DNA of 64,000 bases. Origin: Octopus sinensis. Lineage: Eukaryota. A model generated the notes under the pieces. It was not told where the DNA came from. It worked only from the letters and a program-made list of their open reading frames with translations, and searched no databases. The translations under genes and the position numbers were made by a program. Within the stretch, counting starts at the first letter, position 1. Each line of letters opens with the position of its first letter. The stretch is from NCBI RefSeq assembly GCF_006345805.1, contig NC_042999.1, positions 46,128,001 through 46,192,000 on the forward strand. The letters are read 5' to 3'. Positions 48,815 through 61,454 of the stretch are shown piece by piece.

Positions 48815-49047
48815 TATGAGGAAGGTACTGGAAAGTTCCTGAGTTTAAGGGTATCATAAAAGGTCTGGTTGGAGGCCCAAACTTCTGATTTCTTTTATAG
48901 GGCTTAGAAAAACTGAAAGACCACTACTATAAGTGTGTGAATCTGGGAGAGCAATATTTAAAATAAAATCATAATTATCTGATCCTCCTGTATTTTCTTT
49001 AACCCAAAGCCAGCAACTTTTCAGCACCCACCCCTGTACAAATCAAC
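48815..49047. mobile_element. Mariner-derived MITE (same family as 33785-34001, inverted)
   Basis: GGGCTTAGAAAAACTGAA(A/G)GACCAC...GTGTGTGAATCTG shared in reverse complement. Confidence 0.7.
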
Positions 49048-49508
49048 GAAGGAGCCACTAAGTAATTGTTGGATCTGCTAGAAATAGCAGCAAAATACTA
49101 TCCAAACCACACTTTACATACATGTGAATGTGCCTTTTACTATAGAAAGGGCACAACTGGGTATCAGATTCCTGGTTACATTGTCTAACACATACAAAAA
49201 AAAACAAACAAACAAAAAAATATAAAATGGAAAATGGCCTTGTCTGAAACACTTTGATCAAATGTCTGCCATGCTCAGGGGAAGCATCATATGAACATTA
49301 CAACGACCACCACCACCACCACCATGCCACCACAACCATGCCACCACCGCCACCGCCACCACCGCCACTGCTGCCGCCACCACCAACACCAACAATGAAG
49401 ACAATAGCTTATATCTTTTGCATGAATTAATCAACACCAATACAGACATAAATGAATGAATGGGCTGGAAGTTGCCTATACATATTTATATGTATCTATA
49501 CACATGCA

Positions 49509-49548
<40 letters not shown>

Positions 49549-49552
49549 GTAG

Positions 49553-49621
49553 AAGAGGCTTGCTATTACAAACAAGTAGCGAGTATTATGCCCAGGGATG
49601 CAATTCAGCGGCTGCAGTATG
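49553..49621 (+). CDS. Candidate 69-nt phase 1-1 coding exon
   Basis: TAG/AAGAG acceptor at the end of a TA tract; open frame EACYYKQVASIMPRDAIQRLQY; donor ATG/GTATAA. Weak acceptor, no homology recognised. Confidence 0.25.
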
Positions 49622-49796
49622 GTATAATATCTCGATCCATGACTCATTGCACCATACATTCCCACATTTACATACACAGTTTTATAATAATGAAATGCCT
49701 GTGTTAACATATTGATTAGTGTTGCTTCACTCTTTCTTTCACTGATGTTGTTTGTTCAATACATCTTGTTTAATATATATATATATATATATATAT

Positions 49797-50640
49797 AAAA
49801 TAAATATAAGAGAGTGGTCACTATATGGCTCACTCTAGCACCAGTTAATCCAAAAGGTTTCAACCACAAAAATACATGTTTCCCATGAAAGTCAGTACGA
49901 TTGTTAGCTCACACGGACAGGGCAAATAAAAAATAACAAAAATACAGATTATTTTGGGACAATTGTTTCGCTATTAATGAATTAAATGTAATTTTACTTA
50001 CAAAAAAATCCACTTGTAGCTCGTCAGCCAAAACTATCTGGATGAAATCCACTCAATCACACGCCAGATTTTACCATAACGATAAATACGTGTGTGGTTC
50101 AATTGATTACATCCGACGTTATAATTCAAATGCATTTAGAAATAAATGTAGCATAATTATAATTAATTAATAAGGGTGAGAGAATTAGATACTAATTTAA
50201 TAGTACATCTATTCAACACCAAGTGGCCTAGTGAAAGTTTGGCGCGCTATTGGTTGGGGCATTTGAATTATAACGTCGGATGTAATCAATTGACGAGCTA
50301 CAAGTGGATTTTTTTGTAAGTAAAATTACATTTAATTCATTAATAGCGAAACAATTGTCCCAAAATAATCTGTATTTTTGTTATTTTTTATTTGCCCTGT
50401 CCGTGTGAGCTAACAATCGTACTGACTTTCATGGGAAACATGTATTTTTGTGGTTGAAACCTTTTGGATTAACTGGTGCTAGAGTGAGCCATATAGTGAC
50501 CACTCTCTTATATTTATTTTGTAAAAATATTATAATATATTATAAAATATTATAATAATCCAGGTTTCTCGGAGCACTAGGCCACTTGGTGTTGAATAGA
50601 TATACTATTAAATTAGTATCTAATTCTCTCACCTTATTAA

Positions 50641-50650
<10 letters not shown>
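49797..50650. mobile_element. Rearranged Penelope-like element termini (inverted pseudo-LTRs) between (TA)n tracts
   Basis: Inverted pairs 49797-50026/50291-50520 (230 bp, identical by eye), 50099-50133/50259-50293 and about 50158-50233/50575-50648; contains a hammerhead. Confidence 0.75.
49945..50040 (-). ncRNA. Type I hammerhead ribozyme, complete
   Basis: CAGAUAGUUUUGG-CUGACGA-GCUA-(43 nt)-UAGC-GAAA-C-AAUU-GUC-CCAAAAUAAUCUG. All core nucleotides present; stem I pairs 6+5 bp around a 2x2 internal loop; predicted cleavage after GUC (49958/49957). Confidence 0.85.
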
Positions 50651-50699
<49 letters not shown>

Positions 50700-50736
50700 C
50701 ACATATATATATATATATTATATATATATATATACT

Positions 50737-52274
50737 TATTTCTTTACTACCCACAAGGGGCTAAACACAGAGGGGACAAACAAGGACAGACAAACGGATT
50801 AAGTCGATTATATCGACCCCAGTGCGTAACTTGTACTTAATTTATCGACCCCGAAAGGATGAAAGGCAAAGTCAACCTCGGCGGAATTTGAACTCAGAAC
50901 GTAACGGCAGACGAAATATGGCTACGCATTTCGCCCGGCGTGCTAACGTTTCTGCCAGCTTGCCACCTATATATATATACTATATATATATATAGTGGTT
51001 AGGGCAGCGGACTCGCAGTCGTAAGATCGCAGTTTCGATTCCCAGACCGGGTGTTGTGAGTGTTTATTGAGCGAAAACACCTAAAAGCTCCATGACACTC
51101 CGGCAGGGGGTGGTAATCCCTGCTGTACTCTTTCACCACTCTCTCTCACTCTTTCTTCTGTTGGCCTGCTCGCTTAGCCAGTGGGGTGGCATCATTCAAA
51201 GGCTAAAACAATGTGAACGCGATTGGTGGGAGCGATGTGTAACAACATCTGATGGTCTGGTTGGTCACGTGATCACATGATATATATATGTATATATATA
51301 TATATATGCATCATCATTGTCGCCGTCTAATGTCTGGTTTCTATGCTGCCATGGGGTGGATGGCTTGACTGAAGGCTGCCAGAAGGCTGCACCGAGCTCC
51401 AATCTGATCTGGCAAAGTTTCTACAGCTGGATGCCCTTCCTAACGCCAACCACTCCGAGAGTGTAGGGGTTGCTTTTATGTGCCACCTGCATGGGAGCCA
51501 GTCCGGTGGCACTGGCAATGACCACGCTCAAATGCTGTTTTTCATGTGGTACCGGCACGTGTGCCAGTAAGGCAATGCTGGCAACGATCACGCTCAAATG
51601 GTACTTTTTACGTGCCACGAGTACACGAGCCAGTCAGTGGCACTGGCAACAATCAAGCTTCGATGGTGCTTTTAATGTTCCACTGGCACGAGTGCCAATC
51701 AGGCGGTACTGTCATTGGTCACATCAGCAATTTTGATTTCACTTGCCTCAACAGGTCTTCGCAAGCAAAATTTATTGTCCAATGAATGAAGAGTACTCAT
51801 AAGTGGGCTGGTTATCCACCACTGGCATAGGCAACTGGTCATGGTCTCACTTGGCTTGTCGGGTCTTATATATATGTCTGTGTGTGTATGTGTGTGTGGA
51901 GGCACAATGGCCCAGTGGTTAGGATAGTGGACTTGCAGTCATAGGATTGCAGTTTCAATTCCCAGACTGGGCATTGTTAGTGTTTATTGAGTGAAAATAC
52001 CTAAAGCTCCATGAGGCTCTGGCAGGGGCAGGTGGCAAACACTGCTGTATTCTTTCACCACAACTTTCTCTCACTCTCTCTTCCTGTTTCTGTTGTACCT
52101 GTATTTCAAAGGGCCAGCCTTGTCACACTCTGTGTCACGCTGAATCTCCCTGAGAACTACGTTAAGGGTACACATATCTGTGGAGTGCTCAGCCAGTTGC
52201 ACCTTAATTTTACAAGCAGGCTGTTCCATTGATTGGATCAACTGGAACCCTCATTGTCATATCTGATGGAATGC

Positions 52275-52316
<42 letters not shown>

Positions 52317-52440
52317 ATATAATATATATAAATATATGCATATATACATACATATATGTACATACCTTTAATGTAGTTCTCGGGGAGATTCAGCATGACA
52401 CAGAGTGTGACAAGGCTGGCCTTTGAAAGACAGGTACTAC
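50737..52440. mobile_element. SINE cluster: D (-, 50737-50970), B (+, 50993-51285), element-E (-, 51310-51760), B-head/alternative-tail SINE (+, 51895-52275), tail fragment (-, 52370-52440)
   Basis: Family motifs match the copies described elsewhere; separated by TA runs. Confidence 0.85.
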
Positions 52441-54094
52441 TTATTTTTTATGGATAGATTGACAGAGACAGAGAAAGGGATAGATAGATAGATAAATAGA
52501 CATACAGACAGACAGACAGACAGATAGCTAGCTAGCTAGATAGATAGATAGGTCCAAAAACAGGTAGATAAATTGACAATTAAAAAAAACAGACAGATAG
52601 ATAGACAGAACAGCAGCGATAAACAACAGAGCCTCAGACTAAATAAACAACTACACCTCCCGCATTCGGTTCCACACTCTCCTTTCCTCCCACTCTCTCT
52701 TTTTCTTTCTTTGTCTCGGTTCCTTCATATTGCCAATGATGTCATCATTGCCTCATTACCAACAGGTTCTATAAGATGAAATGTATACTAGTGTTATACT
52801 GTTAGTACTAATCCTAAATATACCAATATAATGAAATGTTGGTGTTATGAATAAATAAATAAATAAATATATCAATTTATTATTGATTACATACTTAATT
52901 TAATTAGACCTTTTCAATTGCTTGTAGTGAGAAAGTGGATTTTCTCAGTCATTAAAATGTCAGACAAAATATTTGCTGTATTTGGTAACATAGCCTTTTT
53001 TTTACATTCTGACTTCAAATTCTGTTGTGGTCAACTTTGATTTTTATTCCCCCCCACCCCATCCCCACCCCCAGTCCATCCTTCTAGAATTGATAAAATA
53101 TATGAATCACTTTTGAGCTTCAGTTCCTATAATGTATCAGTGGAGTGTGACGGTGGTGACGGCTGTATTGGTGTAATCATTGTCATTGGTGTCGGTGTAG
53201 TTGTTGTCATCATGGCCTTCATCACCACCACGACCACCACCACCACCACCACCACCACCACCACCACCACCATTATTATTACTTAATGTCCATGTTGCAT
53301 GCTGGGAAGGGTTGAATGGTTTGACAAGATCTGATGGGTCAAAGGACGGCGTCATGCTCTAGCGTCTGCTCAGGCATGCTTTCTATAGCTGGGTGCCCTT
53401 CTAAGCACTAACAGATTTATAATATGTACTTGGTGCATATTTTTTATGGCACTGGTACCAGTGAGATCACCATGCAGCTCACAGCACTAAAAAACCATGG
53501 GGAGGGGTGCATTTATACAAGCAGATGAGAAGTTAAAGTAGGAAAGAAAAGGAGGAGTGAGGGGCAAGTAGCTGCTCGGGTGCTGGAGGAAAGGAACCTC
53601 TATCATAAGAGTACAGATCTTGTTTATGGGCCCCAACTTGCGGCTGCTGGAATGCCTGCAGGAGGCAAGAAAGTTTATTAGGGACTCATTTGTGTAATAG
53701 GTTTATCGCCTATTAAATTGTTTATAATTGTAATGGACTTTTTAGTCCATAAAGTGTAATAAAATTGTAAGAGGGTTAATACCTCATTCAGTATTTTTAA
53801 AAAAAGAACAATGTTTTAGAGAAGCAAAAGTCAGCGGATGCTTTTTGTCTTCTCCCATCCTTATCATCCTTGTATCATTATCATTCACCTCATTAATGTC
53901 TGTGTCCAGCCTGCAAGCCACCTTACTCTATGTACTGCCTTTATGGCAAATATGATAAAATAAAGTAGCTTCTTGTATAGGTGTTACATGGTTATTCATC
54001 TTCAGGAGAGAGAGAGGGGGGAAGGAGAGAGAGAGGAGGGAGAAGGAGCGAGAGAGAGAGAGAGAATGATCTGTAGGAGTTATGAGTTCATAAA

Positions 54095-54590
54095 TATAGG
54101 GTGCAGTGAATAAACCCATTTTTTTTTTGTTGAAATTACACAAAAATGAAAATAACACTGACATCTCATTTCATTTACCAAAATTACATAAAAATATCTT
54201 GAAATACTAAAGAGTAAATTTATTCAATAAAATTGCCATTGACTTCAACCATGGTCTCCAGATAACTTCAGAAGTTGCCATAACAAGTGATCACTCCAAA
54301 CACCATGATGTTGACTGGATGTCTGATTTTTATCACTCTTGGTACATGTCTTCAGATTTCACTGTCCTCAAATTGACACCCAAACACTCTGAAATGTTCA
54401 TATTGGAACTTCCAGCATGAATGCTCAGCACTACATGTTTCCAAATTTCTGGCAGAGTGAATTGCATCATGCTGCTGTTTTTCTTACACATGGTGCCCAA
54501 CTGACCCTACTATACTGTATAGCTGAGAAAATCAAAAACAAACAATGCTTATGCATGAAATTAAAAATACAAAATGGTGACAATTTACCC
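54095..54590 (-). mobile_element. Internally deleted Tc1/mariner-family element
   Basis: Minus MMQFTLPEIWKHVVLSIHAGSSNMNISECLGVNLRTV joined to the C-terminus MVEVNGNFIE*; homologous to 37847-38100. Confidence 0.75.
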
Positions 54591-54689
54591 TTAGCTTTGA
54601 TCTATCAAGACATGACCCTTGTTAAGCTAATTTTGCAGTGAGACTAAGCACATAGATAAATAAGCCATTTAGACCTCGTTTATGTGATT

Positions 54690-55665
54690 GCTCAACTATT
54701 TAGAAATCATAGCCCAAATTCCTTTAATTCAAACTCTATAATTTTTTAAACAAAGTAAGGACCATATTGGATAGTGAAGTTTTAGAAACATTGTGTCTAA
54801 ATGAATAGAATGTATTTGAAATAGTCACCAACAATATGAAATTTACAGGGTCCACCGGTCCACAGGGAATTTCAATCCCAGAGCCTAAGTCAGTGAGGGA
54901 CCTGGGTATTGACATGAATGATGATACCTCTTTCCAAGTGCACATTACCAGGATGGCGACAAAGTGCAGATGACTGGCTGGCTGGCTGGATCCTAAGAAC
55001 ATTCAGAACCATAGATAAGGAAACCATGATGGTCCCCTGGCAGACATTCATCCTTGGCTGCCTGGATTACTGCTCACAGCTATGGTCACCCACCAGTGTG
55101 AAATTAATAGCAGACCTTGAAGCAATCCAGAGAAGATTCACAAAGAAGATCGTCTCTTTGCAACAGCTCAGCTATTGGGAAAGGTTGAAACAGTTAAGAC
55201 TCTACTCCCTGGAGAGAAGACAGGAGAAGTATGCAGTAATATATATCTGGAAGATCCTGGAAGGAATTGTGCCAAATTTTGGTGTTGACGGCTACACCAA
55301 TGCCAGAATAGGATGACACTGCATAGTGCCAAAGGTCCCAGCAAGGCCATTATGCTTCAGGACCAGTTACTGCAACAGCCTGGGTTTCAAGGGCCCACAG
55401 CTTTTTAATATTCTCCCAAAGAGTCTGAGAAACTTGCACAATGTAGATGTAGTGGTTTTTAAATCAAAGCTGGACCTCTTCCTGTCGAGAGTTCCAGATG
55501 AATCTACCTCACAGCAAGAGGTGCAAATGAGGGTAGCTATATCAAACTCCATGCTTCACCAAGTGCCACATATTAGAGGAGGCTCTTAGTAATAACAGTG
55601 TAGCAAAACTGCGATGCATCAGCATGGCTACAGCTCTGAGCTGAAACTAAAGAAAATAAAACAAA
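54690..55665 (+). mobile_element. CR1/L2-group LINE 3' third (post-RT domain, C-terminus, 3' UTR)
   Basis: GWILRTFRTIDKETMMVPWQTFILGCLDYCSQLWSP...LEAIQRRFTKKI...YWERLKQLRLYSLERRQEKYAVIYIWKILEG...GPQLFNILPKSLRN...FKSKLDLFLSRVPDE; stop 55587-55589. Confidence 0.9.
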
Positions 55666-55754
55666 CAACAACATATTTATTAGCATTACATATTGGCAGA
55701 ATTGGTGGTTTGACTGTCAAGATGTCTTGTTGTGTTATATTTAGTCACATCAAT

Positions 55755-56622
55755 CTGCATTTTGAGTCTAAATCTTACTGACAATGGCTTTGCTTTTCAT
55801 CCATCTGGGGATCAAAAAAGTTAAATTTCAGTGAAACATTTGTTTGAAATCAATATAATTTGCTAGACATTTCCTCAACTAAAATCTTACTATGGAAAAT
55901 GTTATTATATGAAGTTTTTTTTCTAAAATTATTGATTTCAAATTTTGATACAAAGCCAGCAGGTTTGGGTGAGAAGCTAAGTGAATTGAACTGCTCCCAA
56001 TGTTCAACTAACACTTATTTTATCGATCCCAAAAGGATGAAAGCAGAGCCAACCTCTACAGAATTTGAACTCGGAACATGAAGATAGATGAAATGCTGTA
56101 AAGTATTTTGCCTAATGTGCTAACGATTCTGCCAGCTCACTGCTTTAGTCCATTCTAAAATTATTACTTTTTCATATTTATTAATTTCAATTTTAATATA
56201 TCATCGTCATTGTCATCATCATCATCATCATTTGGAATAGGGCACGTTAAAAACACCATTCGAGCATGATCGTTACCTGCATTGCCTTACTAGCACTTGT
56301 GCTGGTGGGACGTGAAAAAACATTCGAGCGAGGTCATTGCCAGTGCCGCTGGACTGGCTCCTGTGCAGGTGGCACATAAAAAGCACCATTTGAGCGTGGC
56401 CATTGCCAATACCGCCTGACTGGCCCTCGTACCAGTGGCACGTAAAAGCACACACTACACTCTTGGAGTGGTTGGCATTAGGAAGGGCATCCAGCTGTAG
56501 AAACTCTGCCAGATCAGATTGGAGTCTGGTACAGCCATCTGGTTTGCCAGACCTCAGTCAAATCGTCCAACCCATACTAGCATGGAAAGCGGACGTTAAA
56601 CGATGATGATGATGATGATGAA
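55755..56622. mobile_element. SINE-D fragments (55755-55830 +, 55935-56150 -) and element-E (+, 56238-56622, 4 units)
   Basis: Family motifs and (GAT)n tail. Confidence 0.8.
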
Positions 56623-57266
56623 GTGTTTTTGATTATAGATCTATGCTTTTCATCAACGCTGACCTGGGGCTAAACCACCATAATAAAAACATTGGGATAT
56701 CTATCTGTATACCTCAGTGTATCTATTTACTGTTCTCTAATAGCTATTCAAACATCTATGTTTCACATCACCACCGAACAAGAATTGCGTTTAATCAAAA
56801 GAATTCAATATACAATAATATAAAAAAAAAAAATAATAATTTTCCATTTTTTTTGGACTCGATTTATTTATGTATTTTCTTGTTTTCTTTTCTTCAAGGA
56901 AATATATCACATATTATATTGTTATATGTCTGCATCTACTCCCAAAAGAGTTCAATTTGTTTTCAATTAAATATAACCAATCGCTAGAGATGTAGCTATT
57001 GGTAAATATCTAATTATATTGTAGGAAAGCATTAGAATTTGAGAAAACTAGCGATATTTATTATGCATAAGCATAAAGTTATTCAAATAGCTCAAGCAAT
57101 AAACTCTTTGCTTTCGAGGTAAAAAAGTTTTTCCGCTGTTTGTATGAGTTATCACATTGCAGCCTTCTGTAGCACTGATAATAAACTGTGGATCTATGGC
57201 CTCCTAAACCTGCCTCTGGATAAAGATATCAAATACATATAGCTGTTTGTGTATATATATATATAT

Positions 57267-57796
57267 ATCTATATATATAAAACTGCAGTTGTGTGAGTAT
57301 TTGTCCCCTTCGATTTAGATTCCTAACTCCTCCCACATTTTGCGGTGCAGTTTAACCAAATTCGGGTATCTTATAGTCGTGATTAATATCGAGCCCGTCT
57401 GGCTATTAGCGCGCGTCTACGATGAGTCTACGATTTAAAAAATAATTTAACATTATTTTTTATTCCATTTTAATGCATAATTTTTCGTGTGTCGATGGCG
57501 GCGGAGTTGGCGTCCACGCTCAAACACCTGTACCTGTGTTTGCTTCTCTCCTCCCTCGTGAAGCTGTGGGGAAGGGAGTATAAGGAAATCAACGTCGTAA
57601 AGCGTTGTCAAGGAGACCAGCGTTCTTTTATAACAACGACTTCATGGCTTGAAGACACTAAGTCAACGATTTAAAAAAAAAATTATCATCATTTTTTATT
57701 CCATTTTTAATGCATTTTTTTGCTATAACTCTCTAAAAATGCTTATATAGTTATTTCCCTTACAAACCCGAGCAACGCCGGGCGATACTGCTAGTA
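57267..57796 (-). mobile_element. HINE-type (Helentron-derived) element, CpG-rich and probably young
   Basis: Minus strand starts ACTAGCAGTATCGCCCGGCGTTGCTCGGGTTTG and ends GGAGGAGTTAG...CACACAACTGCAGTTTTATATATATAGAT; TA flanks. Confidence 0.75.
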
Positions 57797-57889
57797 TATA
57801 TATATATATATAAGAATATATGTATATATATAAAAACATACATGTCAGTACGTGAATAGATAGATAGACTGAGATAATCGCATAAGTCA

Positions 57890-59145
57890 TCATCATCATC
57901 ATCATCATCATCTAATGTCCTTTTTCCATGTTAGCACTGGTTGGACAGTCCGACCAGGCTCTGGGAAGCCAGGAGGCTGCACTAGGCTCCAGTCTGATCT
58001 CGTAGCGTTTCTACAGCTGGATGCCCTTCCTAACGCCAACCACTCTGTGAGTGTAGTGGGTGCTTTTTACATGCCACCAGCACAGGGGCCAGAGGAGGCT
58101 GGCAACAACCACGACCAGTTGCTGCTTTTTATGTGTCACCAGCACAGAAGCCAGTCAAGGCGGCACTGACATCGGCCATGCTCGGATGGTGCTTTTTATG
58201 TGCCACCAGCACATGTATCACAACTACAATTTCCATTTGACTTTTAGTTTGATGTTGATGTACTTGACTCAATAGGTCTCCTCAAGACCAGCAGGTTGCC
58301 CTATGATCCAAAGTACTTTTGAATGGATGTAGTGAGTTTGATTCCTGACTAAGCTGCGTGTTCTGTTCTTGAGCAAGACACTTTATTTCACATTGTAGCA
58401 CTTTACTTAGCTGTACAAATGAGTCACTGGTACCAAGCTGTGTTGGCATTTGCCTTTTCCTTGGAAAACATCAGTGTCATGAAGAGGTGAATCTGGTATG
58501 CATGGGTGACTGCTGGTCTTCCATAAAACAAGCTTGCCTGGACTTGTACTTCAAAGAGGAACTTTTTAGTTGCAATCCCATGGTCGTTTATGACTCAAGG
58601 TCTTTACCCTTTATCCTACATATATATATATATATATATATATACATACTTTTACACACATGAATAAGTAGTTACATATATATATATATACAAGGTGTAA
58701 TAGGTAATTAGTCTCTTTACTCTTTTACTTGTTTCAGTCATTTGACTGTGGCCATGCTGGAGCACCACCTTTAGTCAAGCAAATCGACCCCAGGACTTAT
58801 TGTTTGTAAGCCTAGTACTTGTTCTATCGAGCTCTTTTCTTGAACCGCTAAGTTACGGGGACATAAACAAACCAGCATTGGTTATCAAGCTATGTTGGGA
58901 GGACAAACACAAAAATATACACACACACATATGCACAGACACACACACACACACACACACACAAATATACATTCATATATACGATGGGCTTCTTTCAGTT
59001 TCTGTCTACCAAATCCACTCACAAGGCTTTGGTTGGCCTAAGGCTACAGTAGAAGACAGTTGCTCAAGGTGCCATGCAGTGGGACTGAACCCGGAACCAT
59101 GTGGTTCATAAGCAAGCTACTTACCACACAGCCACTCCTACACCT
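57890..59145. mobile_element. Element-E (-, 57890-58320), SINE-C (+, 58325-58615), SINE-A (-, 58712-59145)
   Basis: Family motifs as above. Confidence 0.85.
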
Positions 59146-59199
59146 ATAAAATGTAGTTTTCCCACATGCACCGTTTTTCTTTTTTCTCTTCTTTTTCCT

Positions 59200-59760
59200 T
59201 TTACGACAGGAGGGTGGAGTTCCTCCGACATCTCTAGAGGACCCTTCCTGCCCCTGCTGTCTCATAATCCATCAGTGGTCAACCATTGTTGTCCCCCTTC
59301 TTTCTTATCTTCCCCTTTGTTTTCGAGGTGGTTACCTCCTCCTCGACTTTTACCTCCACTGGGGGAGCAGGGGACACCTTTTCAATTAACTGTTCCAGGA
59401 CCCTTGCCTGGTCCCAGTGACAGTTCATCATTATATGGCCCGATTCCAGGCACAGGTGACATTTTGGGGGATGTCCTTCAACCATCACTGGGTACCTGGA
59501 ACTGGCCATTGTAAAAAATCTGGTAAAACCAGATCATTGGCTGATTGGGTCCATAGGGTCAAAATTGCTTTTAACCCAACCCAATCAACAGCAGGCAACA
59601 TTTTTACATTTAAGAGCCTGGCAGGGCCACCACCCAGGCCCCGACGAATAGTGTCTTCTATCCACTCAGCCTCTATACTGGGTGGCAGCCCACACACCCA
59701 GGCTCTTGTCAGTGTTGAATAGGAGGATGGTTTCAAAGTGCTTTTACAGCCATCTCCTTC
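59200..59760 (-). mobile_element. Decayed LINE ORF1 (gag-like, CCHC zinc knuckle; L1/Tx1-like by inference)
   Basis: TRAWVCGLPPSIEAEWIEDTI... then YPVMVEGHPPKCHLCLESGHIMMNC (CX2CX4HX4C) in a shifted frame, followed by a K/E-rich tail. Confidence 0.6.
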
Positions 59761-59878
59761 AATCTAGAATAAATAAAGTTGGCAGGTCAGCTTATTTGTT
59801 GTATAGTAATTACAATAATCTAGGTCAGTTATAATTGCCTTTCCTAAAAAAAGGCTAAAACCCTCTGTAATGCACCTC

Positions 59879-59911
<33 letters not shown>

Positions 59912-59931
59912 CGTGTGTGTGTGTGTGTGTG

Positions 59932-61230
59932 TATACTCTTTTACTCTTTTACTCTTTTACTTGTTTCAGTCATTTGACTGCGGCCATGCTGGAGCACCGC
60001 CTTTAGTTGAGCAAATCGACCCTGGGACTTATTCTTTGTAAGCCCAGTACTTATTCTATCGGTCTCTTTTGCCGAACTGCTAGGTGACGGGGATGTAAAC
60101 ACACCACCATCGGTTATCAAGCAATGCTAGGGGGACAAACACAGACACTCAAACATATACACACACATACATATATATATATATATGTGGCATCTTGGGC
60201 AAGTGCCTTCTGCTATAGCCCCGGGCCGACCAATGCCTTGTGAGTGGATTTGGTAGACGGAAACTGAAAGAAGTCTGTCGTATATATGTATATATATATA
60301 TGTGTGTGTGTATGTCTGTGTTTGTCTCTCTAGCATTGCTTGACAACCGATGCTGGTGTGCTTACGTCCCCTTCACTTTGTGGTTCGGCAAAAGAAGAAT
60401 AAGTCCCGGGGTCGATTTGCTCGACTAAAGGCGGTGCTCCAGCATGGCCGCAGTCAAATGACTGGAACAAGTAAAAGAATAAAAAGAAAGAAAAGAATTA
60501 CCATTAAGCTAGCGTTAGTAACATAAATTGTGACTAAGGTTTGGTGGGAGATTTTAATTCCAAACTTAAGAAAACAAGACATTTGTACTACAGAGCCAGA
60601 GGCGGTTTCGGCTGGATTGGTAATGAAAGGGTTAAGATAATGCTTGATTTCTTGTATGTGTGTAAGTGCCTTTGTATCTTTGTTTCTGTATTTGCTCCTC
60701 CCCACCACCACTGCTTGACAACTGGTGTTGGCGTGTTTATGTCCCTGTAACTTAGCATCTCAGAAAATGCAACCAATAGAATCAGTACCCAGCTGAAAAA
60801 AGAATAAGTATTGGGATTGATTAATTTTTCTTTTACTTGTTTCAGTCATTTGACTGTGGCCATGCTGGAGCACTGCCTTTAGTCGAGCAAATCGACCCCA
60901 GGACTTATTCTTTGTAAGCCTAGTACTTATTCGATTGGTATCTTTTGCCGAATCGCTAAGTTACAAGGACGTAAACACACCACCATCGGTTGTCAAGCGA
61001 TGCTGGGGGTGGGAAAACACACACATGCACACACACACATATATATATATATATACTTATATACGACAGGCTTCTTTCAGTTTCCATCTACCAAATCCAC
61101 TCACAAGGCTTTGGTCGGCCCGAGGCTATAGTAGAAGACACTTGCTCAAGGTGCCACACAGTGGGACTGAACCTAGAACCATGTGGTTCATAAGCAAGCT
61201 ACTTACCACACAGCCACTTCTACGCATTTG
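59932..61230. mobile_element. SINE-A copies: 3' half (-, 59932-60180), head-less copy (+, 60188-60490), full copy (-, 60828-61230)
   Basis: Family motifs in alternating orientation. Confidence 0.85.
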
Positions 61231-61454
61231 ACTAAAAGTTCTTCAAGGCAGTGCCCCAGCATGGTCGCTGTCCAAAATAAGTAAGAGATAGGAGATAAGA
61301 AATTAATTTGAAACAATGTGAATAAAGAAGCATTACATTTGACAGAGTAATTTGAATGCTAAAGGGTTAAAAATCTTTCAGTACATAATTTGAACTTCCA
61401 AATTCTTTTCATGCAAGGCTCTATATCTTTTTCTTCTTTCTCTTTGCTTTTCAG

